This document shows, in pieces, positions 39,523 through 53,100 of a stretch of 64,000 nucleotides of DNA. How positions within the stretch are numbered: position 1 is the first letter of the stretch; the number at the start of each line of letters is the position of its first letter. The notes under the pieces were generated by a model. It searched no databases. It saw only the letters and a program-made list of their open reading frames with translations, and was not told where the DNA came from. The stretch is from NCBI GenBank assembly GCA_051362555.1, contig CM120640.1:46106788-46170787 (forward strand). Reading direction: 5' to 3'. The position numbers and the translations under genes are program-made. The stretch comes from Lingula anatina (taxonomy: Eukaryota > Animalia > Brachiopoda).

Positions 39523-41824
39523 CGTATGATCCGTCTACCGTAATTCAGCTCCATTTGTATTCAGGTGCATGGCCCCTCCTTTGTCAGAATACCACAACAA
39601 CTTTCCCTTCAACAATTGCCCCTATCTATATATGGCAATCATATCATGATTAGTTGGAAAAGCTATAAACTGGAAGATGAAATTTTCAGATACATCACCA
39701 GTATAGAAAATTTCCCCTTTTCAAATATCTGTAACTTGATAACAAGATGAGGCTTAGGCTGTATAAAGAGCCCATCAGGATTGTTGTTTGCCCCCCAAAG
39801 GTTATTTAATAGAAGAAAGTGATCCCAGATCATTAAGTGAAATTTAAACTATCCCTACTTCTCTTACAATACCTGGATGTCTGCAATTTTAACACCTTTC
39901 TAATATGTAATTGCATCACCAGATTTTATTAGATCATACCCTAAGAAATATTTGAAATTACTGCCAATTAATTTCTCATACAACCCACTCGATGACTTAG
40001 TCAGTCCTTTTAGACTTTCTAAATATCAAATTCTGAAATTGGTTCCTTAAACTTTGTAACAAAGGAGACATACATAGGTTTTCTCATGTAACAGATTTGG
40101 TGATCATTTTCTCATTTTGCTGTAGATGAGGCAAAACCATTTATCATAATCATTGGTAGATGGCATGATGTGTCCCAAATGACCAACAACAGTTGTATAA
40201 GAGAAAGGTAGCCTACCCAACCTGGTCGCTATGTCATCCAGGCCTCACTCACTCACTTTCATGTCACCGCTGGCAGTGGCTTGATGGAGGCTGAGTTCCC
40301 TGTTGTCACTTTATAGGCATCCCCGCCTCCACACATGACTGCTTCAACATAAAAACACTGATCACATTTAATGAAAATGACTGAACGTTTTGTCATGGGT
40401 TACAATCGTGTCATTCGACTAAAAAAAAAAGTGAAATTTACCAGACCATTTCATGATTGAATTTTAAATAGTGCTTGCAAAATTGTCTCCTTTTTATCTC
40501 TCCTTAATTTCAAACACTCTTAGGCTGAAAATCAGTGAAGGGCTCCAAAGTGGTTAGGTGACAGTGGTGTGCTTTTCTGTAGCATGTATTAATTACATCA
40601 AAATTCCACACCTGCCAATAATGCTCTCCCCTGCATGCAGCCCGTGTTCGAACACTTCCCAACAAGTATTTAAATAGCAATCATAGGACAGGACACAAAT
40701 GACTTAGGCTACTGAGAGAGAGACTGTCACTTGGACTCCTGTTGGCCTACGGCAAAAGACGAAAGTTTTCAATTTAATGTCAAATTAAATTCTGCTAATA
40801 GTTTTTTAATGACACATCTTACAATGGGTGGGCTAACAGGGCAGTGAAATTGCTTCCTTGCCTTTTCTTTGACTAGATTTGATTTCTAAATCAAGGTGTT
40901 GTGAAGAGGTTATAGAAGTTTTTAATCAGATTCTTTTAAGTTTTATCCCATTCTTTTTTCTCTAAAAAAGATGAAAAATATGCCAACTTTTAACAGACTA
41001 AAATATGTTGCTGATTTAAAATCAATAATCTTAGAAGTTAGCAGTGATCTAAGTAGGAGCATTTCATAAAGTTTCAATTTCTAACAAAACTGAATTTTGA
41101 AGTATTAATTTTGTCTACTATGAGGGCTTGAAGATGTAAAAATCAATCAATCAATCATCAATACTGACAAAAATGTTTTCAGGTCTTGAGACATAAAAAT
41201 CTCACTTTTCCTTCAAGCACTGGAGTTTCAATTCTTGAACTTCGGTTAACAACCCCCTAGTGCCAAGTGCAGAAAAATGATAGTAAAATTAAAAATCTGT
41301 GAATACCAGTGCCAAGGTTTACAATGATGGATGTTTGCAGTAAGAAACCACATGCAGTATCGAATGTACTGCTTTTATACTACAGTAAACCTCATTTTCA
41401 TAGCTTCAATGAGATAAAAGGACCATTCTGCTCTAAAGACTGACACTTCTTTAAAAAGTGAGATCATCAAAATATCCTTTTCAAAGCAAGTACGGTCAAT
41501 ACTTGTTTAGTGACTTTGTGCTTAGTACAATTAATCCTCACTCACCAACAGGTACAACTGTAATCTTTTTTCAAGCTAAACAATTTAAAAATAAGATAAG
41601 TAAATGTCATATTTTTAATTAATAAGAGGAAAGAATTATCTTAAGGTGAAAGAAAAACAGAAATTATTTGAAAGGTTGGAAAAAAATTTACCCGTTAATA
41701 TATGGAACAGGTATTTCAAAATTTACAAAAAAAAAAAAATAGAATGTTTGTTATTCTGCATCCAATATAAAATATGAAACAGCACTGGGTTAAATGAATT
41801 TTGCTGAATAAATTTACTTTTCAG

Positions 41825-41830
<6 letters not shown>

Positions 41831-41858
<28 letters not shown>
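41831..41858. repeat. (CT)n microsatellite
   Basis: Perfect CT run. Confidence 0.95.
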
Positions 41859-41861
<3 letters not shown>

Positions 41862-44005
41862 TGATTCAGCCCCAGCAGGAACCTCTGTCAGTAGAAACTA
41901 ATAAATGCACCTGTGGCATTGTGTAAAAATCTTTTTTCTCTATTTCTGGAATGCAATAATTTCTAAACACAAACCAGAAAGACAAAGCACCTGGGATACA
42001 ATTGAAATGCCCCACTCTACTGGCTCAAACAAGCGTAAAGTCATGATATATTAGTTAAGATGTTTTTCAATGAGTAGATAATGAGAATTGGCAGCTGGAC
42101 AACGAGTGAGGAAATGTGGTGCTTTTACTATAAGTTTATGGGCAGACAAGACTGATGAGATAATAGAAATCTTGTGACAGATATATTGTAAGAGAAAAAG
42201 CCATCGTCTACTCTTACAAGAAAGCAAAGGAGAAACTACATATAGAATCAATAAATATGTGACGCCTGCTTCTTCACAGCTTCAGTGAAAATGTGGACTG
42301 TAAAATTACTTTTTTGTGTATTGAAAAATTAATTGCTTCTAATTTTTTATGCTAAATCACTTACCTCATTTTGTATTGGAAAGTCAAAAGGTTGCTTGTT
42401 GTTGCAGTTACAGCAATATTTTCTCCTTTTCTTTCTCTTCATTTTCATTTTTTCCCTTCACAGCTGAAACAACAAAATAAAAAGCCATGAAATATTAACA
42501 TTTTTTCAGAACCAGGAAAAAAAGCACATCAAAGTCAAGATTTTTATGGATAACATGAGATTGAAGCAAAAGTCTTAATGGATTTTCTTTCACAGTAGAT
42601 GTGAAGTTAAGTGCTATACTGATACATCTGAGTATACTCCCAGCATTTCCCTTTCCTTGTTCGACAAATGTACTTCCTGAAGAAAAATGTTAACACCTGT
42701 ACCGTTGAAATTAATTCATCAGCCATAGAAACTAATGACAAGAGCTGAATGACAATATTTATTGAGAGCCTGGCAAGGAAGACTTTGTCAATTGACTTTT
42801 TAGTTTACTCATGCATGGAAATTATTGCAGTTCCAGATCCATCTTCTTTTCATTTATTGATGGATGTTTTGATGATTGTTGATGACTTTTATTGGGAATG
42901 ACCAGTTAATAATATACTCAATCATGAGAACTTTGAATATTTTGCAGACAGTACAATTTGCATGTCACAACTTCCTTTTATTCACAGCTAGAATAAATAA
43001 TTGGCAAAATTTAACTTCATATAATGAAATTGAAATCATGTATATTTGTTTCTTAGTTAATTCTTTCATTTTTCTGCTTTTGTTTTCAATTAAATGTAAG
43101 TCAATGGCAATGAAAAGAACTGTCATACAAATTGTTTTTATAGTTATAAATACTAATAGAAGAATAATTCTAGCTATAAAGTACCTTGAATTTGAACTAA
43201 ATCATGCAATGACAAAATTAAATTGGCTAAATAAGCTCAATAATTTACCCTTTTTGGTTAAATCAGAATACTTTTAGAAATAACCTTTTATGAGACTAAA
43301 AAAATGAATGAGAATCTGTATGAGATGGGGTTAACTTTTCAAAAATAAGGGTGAAACTTTTTGGGCAGGAAATGTTGTTTTACAAAAGTGGCATGCATTC
43401 AAAACATGGTGAATTTGTATAATTGTGCAACGGACTGTGATTCAGTAGCACCTACTTATAGATATAAGAGAAAACAGCCAGAAAATTTGCTATGAATAAA
43501 TTCTGTCACTTTTTATGTGTTGCCACACTGAAATTGTACATGCAAGTTTACCATATTACTTCTTATTCCACTTACACGGCTATCTCATATGATTAGGATT
43601 TGACCCTCTTAATATGGCTGTTGAGGTTCTGACACTGCCAGTCTTGTAGGTCGATCTCCATTTGATCTGAATACTAGCTGTTATGTTTGAAAAAAAAAAT
43701 GAAATAAAACACAAAAGCAAACATTGAAACATATGTTATTGTGGATGAAATGCTTCATGTATTGGCATGCAAGAAGAGTCAACTTTATTGATTTATCTGT
43801 TACATTGATAGATATATAACCAGAGAAAGGTCTCCGTTAGCCGTAAAATATTTCTGGCAATAAAGTTTGCGTTCAATTCGGCGGTTATGAAGCATGCATA
43901 ACATACATCAAAATCTTAAATACCTGGGACGAAAGACAAACACAATGAGCAGTCAGATCTTTGGCGAATTTGTATGCTGCGACAATCGCACCTGTCGCAC
44001 TTCTT

Positions 44006-44015
44006 ATGACGTCAT
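44006..44015. promoter_or_regulatory. Palindromic CRE (ATGACGTCAT) in the CpG-rich promoter of the Rab-like gene
   Basis: Perfect TGACGTCA ~150 bp upstream of ATG 44163, inside a CpG-rich patch at ~43830-44520. Confidence 0.5.
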
Positions 44016-44162
44016 CAAAAGCAGTGCACAATACCTGACAACTGTGTCAACATCCTACATTTCTCTAGTCTTTTATTTAGGCTACGAACATCGACTGACA
44101 AGGAATGTTCTATAAGTGAGCATTATGTAGTACAAGACCAACTGGTAATTAACCAAAGCACA

Positions 44163-47100
44163 ATGGGAGCTTCCTGTAGTAGCGACAAGTCTACAGGTAC
44201 TGGGATAGCGTTTTAGTTGCGAGATAAACTCTCTCTATCTCTCGTCGCCGCAGTTTTCGGCCTCACCTGTTAGCTTGTGATTTATCTCGTAATTTAGGAT
44301 ATATATTTCTTGTCTCGGTTTTTGGCCCAACAACATGTTCATACCTCACATACATGAAATGGACTACGTGTATCAAATTAACGCCTTGCATTGACAAAGC
44401 ACTGATACTATCAGTGATAGTGATCAGATAGTGCTACAGTCACGTGTAGAGTTTCATTAATATGAAATGCATTACCCTTTTTACAGAAATATCTACGCTT
44501 GAAAAGGTCCCGAAATTTAAGATAGCTTTAGTGGGTAAGTAAACAAATTTTGCTTTTGGTTATAATTAAGATACAGTATTTGCTAAATGTGCTTTGAAAA
44601 TATATGATTATGAATATTTTCTACAAATAATCATAATCAGGTATGTAGTGTAGTAAAAAATAAGGGGTAGACAAAGAATGATTTACAGGTAAATGTTAGG
44701 CTTGCCTAATACATGTTGGTACAAATAGCCAGTTCCACATTGACAAACTTGTCACCAAAATTATACTAGTCTTGTTAATTACATTACAGTAGTTATCATA
44801 TTTTTCAAATTTTTATTTGGACTTATTTTTGTGTTCCATTTGAAAATAAGCAATTTTGAGTGAAGTTTTTATTTTATTTAGCAGTTATCAGTAAAACACA
44901 CATCTGAGATGTACCTGTACATGTACATATATTTTGACTAGCATATCTAAGATCTAATAAACGGATATATTAGATTTTAGGGCATATGTACCCAGTCAGT
45001 ATGTGGCTGTTTGTTGAAATACAAGTACATATAGTGTGTTTTTTTTATCATAAGGTGACACTGAAGTAGGGAAGAGCAGCATATTCCTCAGATACTACAA
45101 AAACCAGTTTGACTACAGCTACAGACCTACAGAAAAAGTAGACATAGGTAAGCATTCCTGCAGGTGAGATGTTTAAGTCAGCAGAATCATATCATTTTCA
45201 TTTCATTCAAATTGTCATATTGGCATCATATTAAAAATTTCAATCATTTTCATGCCTCATGGAACTGATATTTTTTCAGATCACAAACCTGATGCAATTC
45301 TGGTAAATGATGAAGTTTAATTTCATTATAATTCCAATGTCAACACAAGAGGCATTGGGCTATATATTCCACTTTTGCCTTCATTTGCAGACTTTGCTGG
45401 TGTGCTGTTATTTAATTACAACCATTCACTGCTGTACTGCTCTTCTCAGTCTATTTTACAAAGCTTTTAATTTTCCTCAACCACCATATAAATATAAAAG
45501 TATAATATCTAGATTAAGAATGAATAAAACCACAGTGGTATTTTTGTTATTTTAGATAATGTAGTAAGGAAGATCAACATCCCAGAAAATGCAGTCATGT
45601 CACTCACCCTGTGGGACCTGCCTGGTAGAGAGGATATGGACATGAGGAAAACTTACTACAAAGATCTTGATGCTGCTATTGGTAAATAATTAAATTTTAT
45701 TGTATTTTTTAGGGATATACATATTTATATATCAATGTTTCTACAAGATATCACTGTGAGTTTGAGAGTCTATTGGAAATTTTATTAACAAACATGCTGA
45801 TACAGGGCGAAAAATGGATTTGCTAATGAGAGTCAGCAAAACACTTGAGTACTTTTAAGCCAGGGTGTAAAATGTACATGTAGTATGTATGTAGTTTTTC
45901 TTTATATTTGTCATTGATTTATAATTTAATCTATGTCAGTCCTTTATAATTTCAAAACTATTGTTAAATTATTCATTAGATTTGTGTGTGTGTGTGCATT
46001 TTTATAAGAGCATGCTTGGATGTGTTTACAATGTTGTTTAAGAGCTAGTTTTTATGATAACATATCCTGCCCCTGTGTTATAGTTGTGGTAGACCTCACA
46101 GACCCAGAACAAGTAGAGCTGGCACCATCATGGCGCCAGGAGATCATCAGCAATGCCACATTCACCAGAGAAAAAAAGACCAAGCTTCCTGGTGGTGAAG
46201 AGGAGATAAGTGTGGAGCTTGTCCCAGCTTTGCCTGATGACATTCCAGTCTTGCTTTTAGGGAACAAATATGATTTGGTAAGCTGTCAGAATTGGTTTGT
46301 TTGTGATTACCAGTAGTCTTTTCGGGTGTATGTACTTTCGTTATTGAATTAGAACCTCATATTTAAGTCAAGTCACATTTAGATTTTGACAGAATATCAC
46401 TTGGCTTTTGGACAATATCATTTAACAACATGTAGCTTTCTTTTTACCAGATGTCATGTAGATAGTAAGACATAAAACATAACAAAATTAAACCATGCTA
46501 GAAGTCTCCAAAGTTAAAAAGTTCCAAGTACTGGCTGGATTTCATAAATTTCAGAAAAAAAGGTGAACTTGACTTACATGATGAAGCAAACAATGGCAGT
46601 ACTGTTCACATCCACATCCACAAAAATATCAGTAAAGTTTGCCTGACTGTAGCCAGCAGAGTCAGGTGTTAATCTACATGATACTGTCACCTGCAGTTGA
46701 AATTAAACATAATGCACAGACATTAAGTTACAAACAGGGATCAGATGAAATAATAACTCGATCCCTACTGCTCTCACAAAGAAAAACTAAGCACTTTCAT
46801 TTCTATGTGACAGACAACATGTAAGATTGGCTATGATGTCACTGGAAGGTCAGGTGAAACTGGTTATCATGAAACTGCTATTTCTCCATAGTCTGCGAAA
46901 TTATGAAACAGTGAAAAAATAACAGTAAAGGACTTAAAAATGAAGAAAAAAATGTTATTTGTTCCCCAATTATTACAGAGAAAAACAAATTCATTTTTAT
47001 GTACAGACACAGATATGTCTGTACATATTGCCATCACCTGCGTCTGTCGTCGCCGTCGTCGCCGATGCCGATGGCGATGCCGTCGCCGTGCACTTTCACT

Positions 47101-50052
47101 GTAAACACGATAAGTGGAACACAGTTTTATTTTTTGGTTTTATATTTACAGAGCTGATGAATATTCATAAAACGCAGGTCAAGTTCGAAAATCAGCAAGA
47201 TCGGGCCATTATTGTAGAAGTTATGCTGTTTTATCACTTTTCAGCATATATGCAACCCTGTTAACACATTTTAAGGAAAACCGATAGGCCTGTTGTCATG
47301 AAACTCACAAAAGTAATCAAGCTTACTAAAACGCAGGTCAAGTTCCAAAATTGGCATGATCGGGCCACTATTTTACTAGTTATGCTGTTTTTATCCTTTT
47401 TTTCAGCATATGTGCAACACTGTAAACACAATATAAGAAAAACCGATAGGCCAATTGCCATTAAACTCACAGGAGTGGTCAATCTTACTAAAATGCAGGT
47501 CAAGTTCAAAAATCAGCATAATCGGGCCATTATTTTAGAAGTTATGCTGTTTTTTCACATTTCCTCAGATTCAATTCTTAGGCATGTTAACAGTCTTATT
47601 ATTTTACTAATAAGATACATTAAAGTGTTTGTTTGACATTTCCTGCATCTTTACAACATTGTTAGTTGATTATGTAAAAATGATGGTAAACTTTTTATCG
47701 TGTATTGTGTAAGAAAGTGTCAAAAATGGAAATAAACTCATATCATTGCAGTTTGTCAGATTCAATCATTCACTATGTTCAGAATCTGAGAATGGAGGAA
47801 ATTGGACATTTAACACTATTCTATTGATATTTTTCCCATCTCATCAATTATCTTAGTTGATCATAAAAAAATTTCAGTAAACTGTTTATTTTGTTTTATG
47901 TTAAAAAAAGTGTTAAAAATGGAAATAAACCCATGTCAGAACAGTGCTGTCTTGTTTCACATTTCCTCAGATTCAATTCTTAGGCATGTTAACAGTCTCA
48001 TTGTTTAACTAATAAGACATGTAAAAGTGTTTGGTTGACATTTCCTGCATCTTTACAACATTATTAGTTGATTATGTAAAACTGATGGTAAACTTGTTAT
48101 GGTGTATTGTGTAATAAAGTTTCAAAAATGGAAACAAACTCATATCATTGCAGTTTGTCAGATTCAATCATTCACTATGTTCAGAATCTCAGAATGGAGG
48201 AAATTGGACATTTAACACTGTTGTATTGATATTTTTCCCATCTCATCAATTTTCTTAGTTGATCGTATAAAAATGGCAGTAACCTGTTAATTTTGTTTTA
48301 TGTTTAAAAAATTGTTAAAAATGGAAAAAAAAAAAAAACATTTCAGAACAGTACTGTCTTGTTTACATTTTGGCATTTTCAAGTTGTGACTTTGAAGTTC
48401 CATGGGCCTGAAGACCTTTGCTAGTCACATTTTCTGAATATCCATGATGCTAATATTTTATTATTAAAAATTGATGGTCATTATGCTGTTAAACATTATG
48501 TCATATTGCATCAAAATTTGAAAAAAATCTATTTTGGACACTGCTTCCATGATGAGCATTTAAGAAAAACCATGTCACTTACTGTTCTCAAACAGTACAG
48601 TAAATATGTACAGATGTGTCTGTACATATTGCCATCACCTGCATCTGTCGTCGCCGTCACTGTCACTGGTGCCGTGCACTTTCATTGTAAACATGATAAG
48701 TGGAAGTCAATTTTACTTTTTGGCTGTATATTTACAGAGCTGATGAATATTCATAAAATGCAGGTCAAATTCGAAAATCAGCATGATCGAGCCATTATTG
48801 TAGCAGTTATGCTGTTTTTTCACTTTTCAGCATATATGCAACACTGTAAACACATTTCAAGGAAAACCGATAGGCCTGTTGTCATGAAACTCACAGGAGT
48901 AATCGATCTTACTAAAACGCAGATCAAGTTCGAAAATCGGCATGATCGGGCCACTATTTTAGTAGTTATGCTGTTTTTTCATTTTTCAGCATATATGCAA
49001 CACTGTAAACACAATATAAGAAAAACAGATGGGCCAATTGTCATGAAAGTCACAGGAGGGGTCAATTTTACTAAAATGCAGGTTGAGTTCGTAAATCAGC
49101 ATAATCGTGCCATTATTTTAGAAGGTGTGCTGTTTTTTCACATTTCCTCAGATTCAATTCTTAGGCATGTTATTAAACTAATAAGATACGTAAAAGTGTT
49201 TGTTTGACATTTCCTGCATCTTTACAACATTGTTAGTTGCTTATGTAAAAATGATGGTAAACTTTTTATCGTGTATTGTGTAATAAAGTGTCAAAAATGG
49301 AAATAAACTTATATCATTGCAGTTTGTCAGATTCAATCATCCACTATGTTCAGAATCTCAGAATGGAGGAAATTGGACATTTAACACTGTTCTATTGATA
49401 TTTTTCCAATATCATTAATTTTCTTAGTTGATCATATAAAAATGGCAGTAAACTGTTAATTTTTTTTATGTTAAAAAAGTGTTAAAAATGGAAATAGACC
49501 CATTTCAGAACAGTGCTGTCTTGTTCAAATTTGATGTTGAATTTGCAGTTTAACATTATGTACTTTTGCATCAGAATTGGCAGTAGCCTATTTTGTGCAT
49601 AGTTATTTCCTGCTTTTTGTCTGTACATTTGACAGCTTTGCTGCCTTGTTCAAAGTTAAAAATGTTAAAACAGCATTGAAAGTAAAGACAAATCCCACTC
49701 AAAAAGGAGAGCATTGAAACTGTTTGGCACATTTATCTTGGAGTTTTAGGAAATTTGGAAAGAGGTGGTGGTTTTGAAGTTATTGGAGTGCCAGGTATAG
49801 ACTTTAGAGATCTTGAAACTGTTGCAATAACAGGATATTACATTTTGGAATTGTAATGCAGGGATGGCTTGAAACTGTTAACATAACTGAGGTTTTGGGA
49901 AAAAGTAGGTCAGTTAGTTGTGAGGGATATTCTTGTGATTATTGATTTTTTTTTTTTGGGGGGGGGCGGGGGAAGTGGGGATAGTGTCAGAAGAGATGGC
50001 TTTGTAACATTTAGAGATAAAATAAAACAGAAAATGCACACAAACAGAGCAA

Positions 50053-50113
<61 letters not shown>

Positions 50114-53100
50114 GAACATGCGCATGCCTGATGACAGGTCTATGAATCCCCAAAGTTTCACCTTCTCACTCTAATGGTCTTGGAAGAGATAGCAAAAATC
50201 ACTAACACACAGACTCACTAACAGATGCATAGATGGAAGGGTTTACATGATCACTGACTTTTGTTTCAAAAGCACAGGGATAATAATGTTAGTTGAATGT
50301 GAGTTCATATGTCAGAATGGTTTGTTAATTTTATTAATAGTTTATGTTGTTCTTAGAAGTTATTGTTGAGACTTGGATATGCTGCCTTCAATGTTTATAG
50401 ATGTTTCATTTGAAGCACCATTCGACAAATAACTAAAACTAAAAAAAATATCTGCGCGTGTTTGTACTTGACTAGATCGAAGAACAGATGTCACTTGAAA
50501 AAGGAAGAAAATCTGCTGCCCAGTCTGAAATGAAACTTGCTGATCCCAGTGACAAAAATGAAGGAGAGTCCAGTGCAGATGCTACAAATGGCAATGATAA
50601 TGGTGAAGGTCAAAATGAAGGTGAAGGTCAACTTGTAGATGACCAAGAAAGTGAAGCTCGAACAGAAAGGCAGTCAAAAAGTGAAGATGACAAACCAGAG
50701 ACAAGTACAGTCAATGAAGATACACTCAACAGCAAGAACAACAAAGAAGATGAAGAAAATGATGAGGAAAAGATAGGAAAAGATGAGCAGCCTTTGGAAG
50801 ATGAAAAAGGTTAATTTGTAGCAACACAATACTGCAATTATTTCTTTTAATCACATGTGTAATTGTAGCAGTGACTTGGGTGTTCATTCATATCTGCAGC
50901 ATGGATTTAAATAGAATTAGTTTTAAGTTATAATTGTTGATGTTGTTGTTGGTAACATGCCATGCAATCTCCGTTATACTATTTATGACCACTGTATAAA
51001 ACTAGTATCATTGGCTATATCTATTTTAATATGATATATTGATTCAATTGAATAATGCCAGTTTATTTTACTATATTATTTTTTTCTGTCAAGGTGACGA
51101 AGAAGAAAATATTGACCAAAAAATGGAAAAGTGGGAAAAAGAGAGGAAGTCTGTTCCACACATAACACTTGAGGAGCTGGAGGAGATGGAGAAGCCAGAA
51201 TGTGTTAAACTACTGGAGAAAGTGGCAAGTGAGCATGGATTTGTTGGAAGGTAATTTTATTGATCACAATAGCATATCTTTTTTCAATTTTTTTTCTTTT
51301 GTTTTAATAATGCTTTTTGTAAAATCATTGCAGATCTATGTTTGACAAATGTCAGCCAATCAGATATTTTGATGTATTTTTGTCTTTATTCTTAACACTG
51401 ACATAACAATAATGTTGAGCTGTTTATTGTTTCCTGCATTATAGAGATCTGCCAGGGACACCTTTTCAGTTTTATGTTTGTATTTTGGTACAGACATATA
51501 TAATTTCAAAAGGTCTACAGTTCTACATATAAAACTTGACATTGTCTTTATTTTAGTGTGGTGGTATCAGCCAAGGATTCTGATGGCTCAGTTCATGCAG
51601 CAGTGCAGTCATTTGTTAGATACCTGTTAGTCAAGAGACTGAGAGACAAACCAAAGACAGAAGAGAAGGACAACAAAAAGAAAAACAAGAAGAAAAAAAA
51701 GAAAGGGGATAATGACTTTGAACCCCTAGCAGAGGTTGGAATCAAGGAGGTATGCATGTTTTTTTGGGCAGTGGAAGGCACACAATGTGATGTGTTTATT
51801 TAATTTGTCAAGGCAGTATCAAAAGTAGTTTGTAATTAATTTGTAAAAAGTAGCACATGTGGAGTACGTAGAGAGATGAAGTGCTGGCCAACAGGGACTG
51901 GCTGATAAGCTGAAAATTTTATGGCACAGACTGATTTTCAGACATTTGTTGGAATTCGGACCACTTAACACTCCTTTGACTGTAGTTGCAAACTGATTCA
52001 ATAACTGTTTGAAATTTTTCAGATTTTTGCCAAGAATTTAAGCTCATGCCTTGTTTACATTTGTGATCTATCTTCTATTTTTTATTATCTGATTGTTTAC
52101 CAGCAAACAGATCTGTTTTCACTCCCTTGATCTCTTAATTTTCCAGTTTGATGATCTGTTCAACAAGTGCAACATGCCCATCAAGAGGTCAGAGGACTTC
52201 AGTATCTACTATGAAGTACTTTTACATAAGTTTAAAGTGGCCTGTCTTGATGCACAGGTAATACAGGCTCTCAATGCAGACAAGCGTAGCCTGGAAGACT
52301 GTATTACTGGCCTGAAAGAAGCCATTGGAACAGGCAAAGAATTACAGGTATGGTGGATATTTATCGGCAGATCTTAGTTTTTGTTTGCATTTGCTTGACT
52401 TTGTTCCACACGCATGCATGTGAAAAAATCTTTTAACTTTCCCTGCCATAGGTTATATGCACATGAAATGTGAAGGAAAACATACAATTGTGAAATAAGT
52501 AATAAGTCACTTGCATTCCTTTACTGTCTTCGTCTTCTTTCTTGTTGTATATAAATCTTAAATTATGAACCATCTGCTATGTTTCAGATGGAGGAGGATG
52601 ATGGTTTTGTCAAACTAGTCCTGACCAACCCTAGAATGAAACTCAAAGCACAGATCAGAGACATTCTGGATGTCTTCCATAAAGATGTGAGCTGTTATTT
52701 TTTATTATATAGTAATTAATCAGTGGGGTGATTTGGTTAAGATTTCAGAATGATGAGTAGTGAGTAGAAGTCATAGTTGTGAAGTGGTACTAGAATTAAT
52801 AAATGTAGCAGTAGGAGTGCTACTAACACATATAGAAGTAATAGTGGTAATCCACAGTCTTCTTTTCATTTCAGTTTTCCGTCCTATGTAAAACTGTCCT
52901 CAAGGAGTGTCCTCGTCTAAGTGTAGCCTTGAAACATCTGGACGACAAAATAGCCACCCAGAGCGAGCAGGCCTGGGACATCATGACTGAGGCCGGCAAG
53001 TCCAAGAAAGATGTCCGAGACATTATGAACACTGTTGATAAGAATAGAGCAAGGATTGCCAGAACTCAGATGCTACTTACAGAGTGTCTGGATGCTGTCA

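Noticed and set aside
42876-43277. 133-aa ORF, and similar hydrophobic ORFs at 19797, 38494, 55589 and 60169
   Set aside because: Non-ATG starts, composition typical of AT-rich non-coding DNA, and no motifs or consistent splice partners.
47160-47560. Regularly spaced repeats that might suggest a CRISPR array
   Set aside because: Whole units repeat with no unique spacers, the context is eukaryotic, and no cas genes are present.
48506-49207. 233-aa ORF with internal repeats, and related ORFs at 46959, 47298, 5294 and 6502
   Set aside because: These are translations of the ~159-162-bp core repeats of the non-autonomous element. They show no transposase or Rep/helicase motifs.
50488-50814. Stand-alone 108-aa acidic protein
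   Set aside because: It is flanked by an acceptor (50475) and a donor (50810) and joins in frame as exon 6 of the Rab-like gene.
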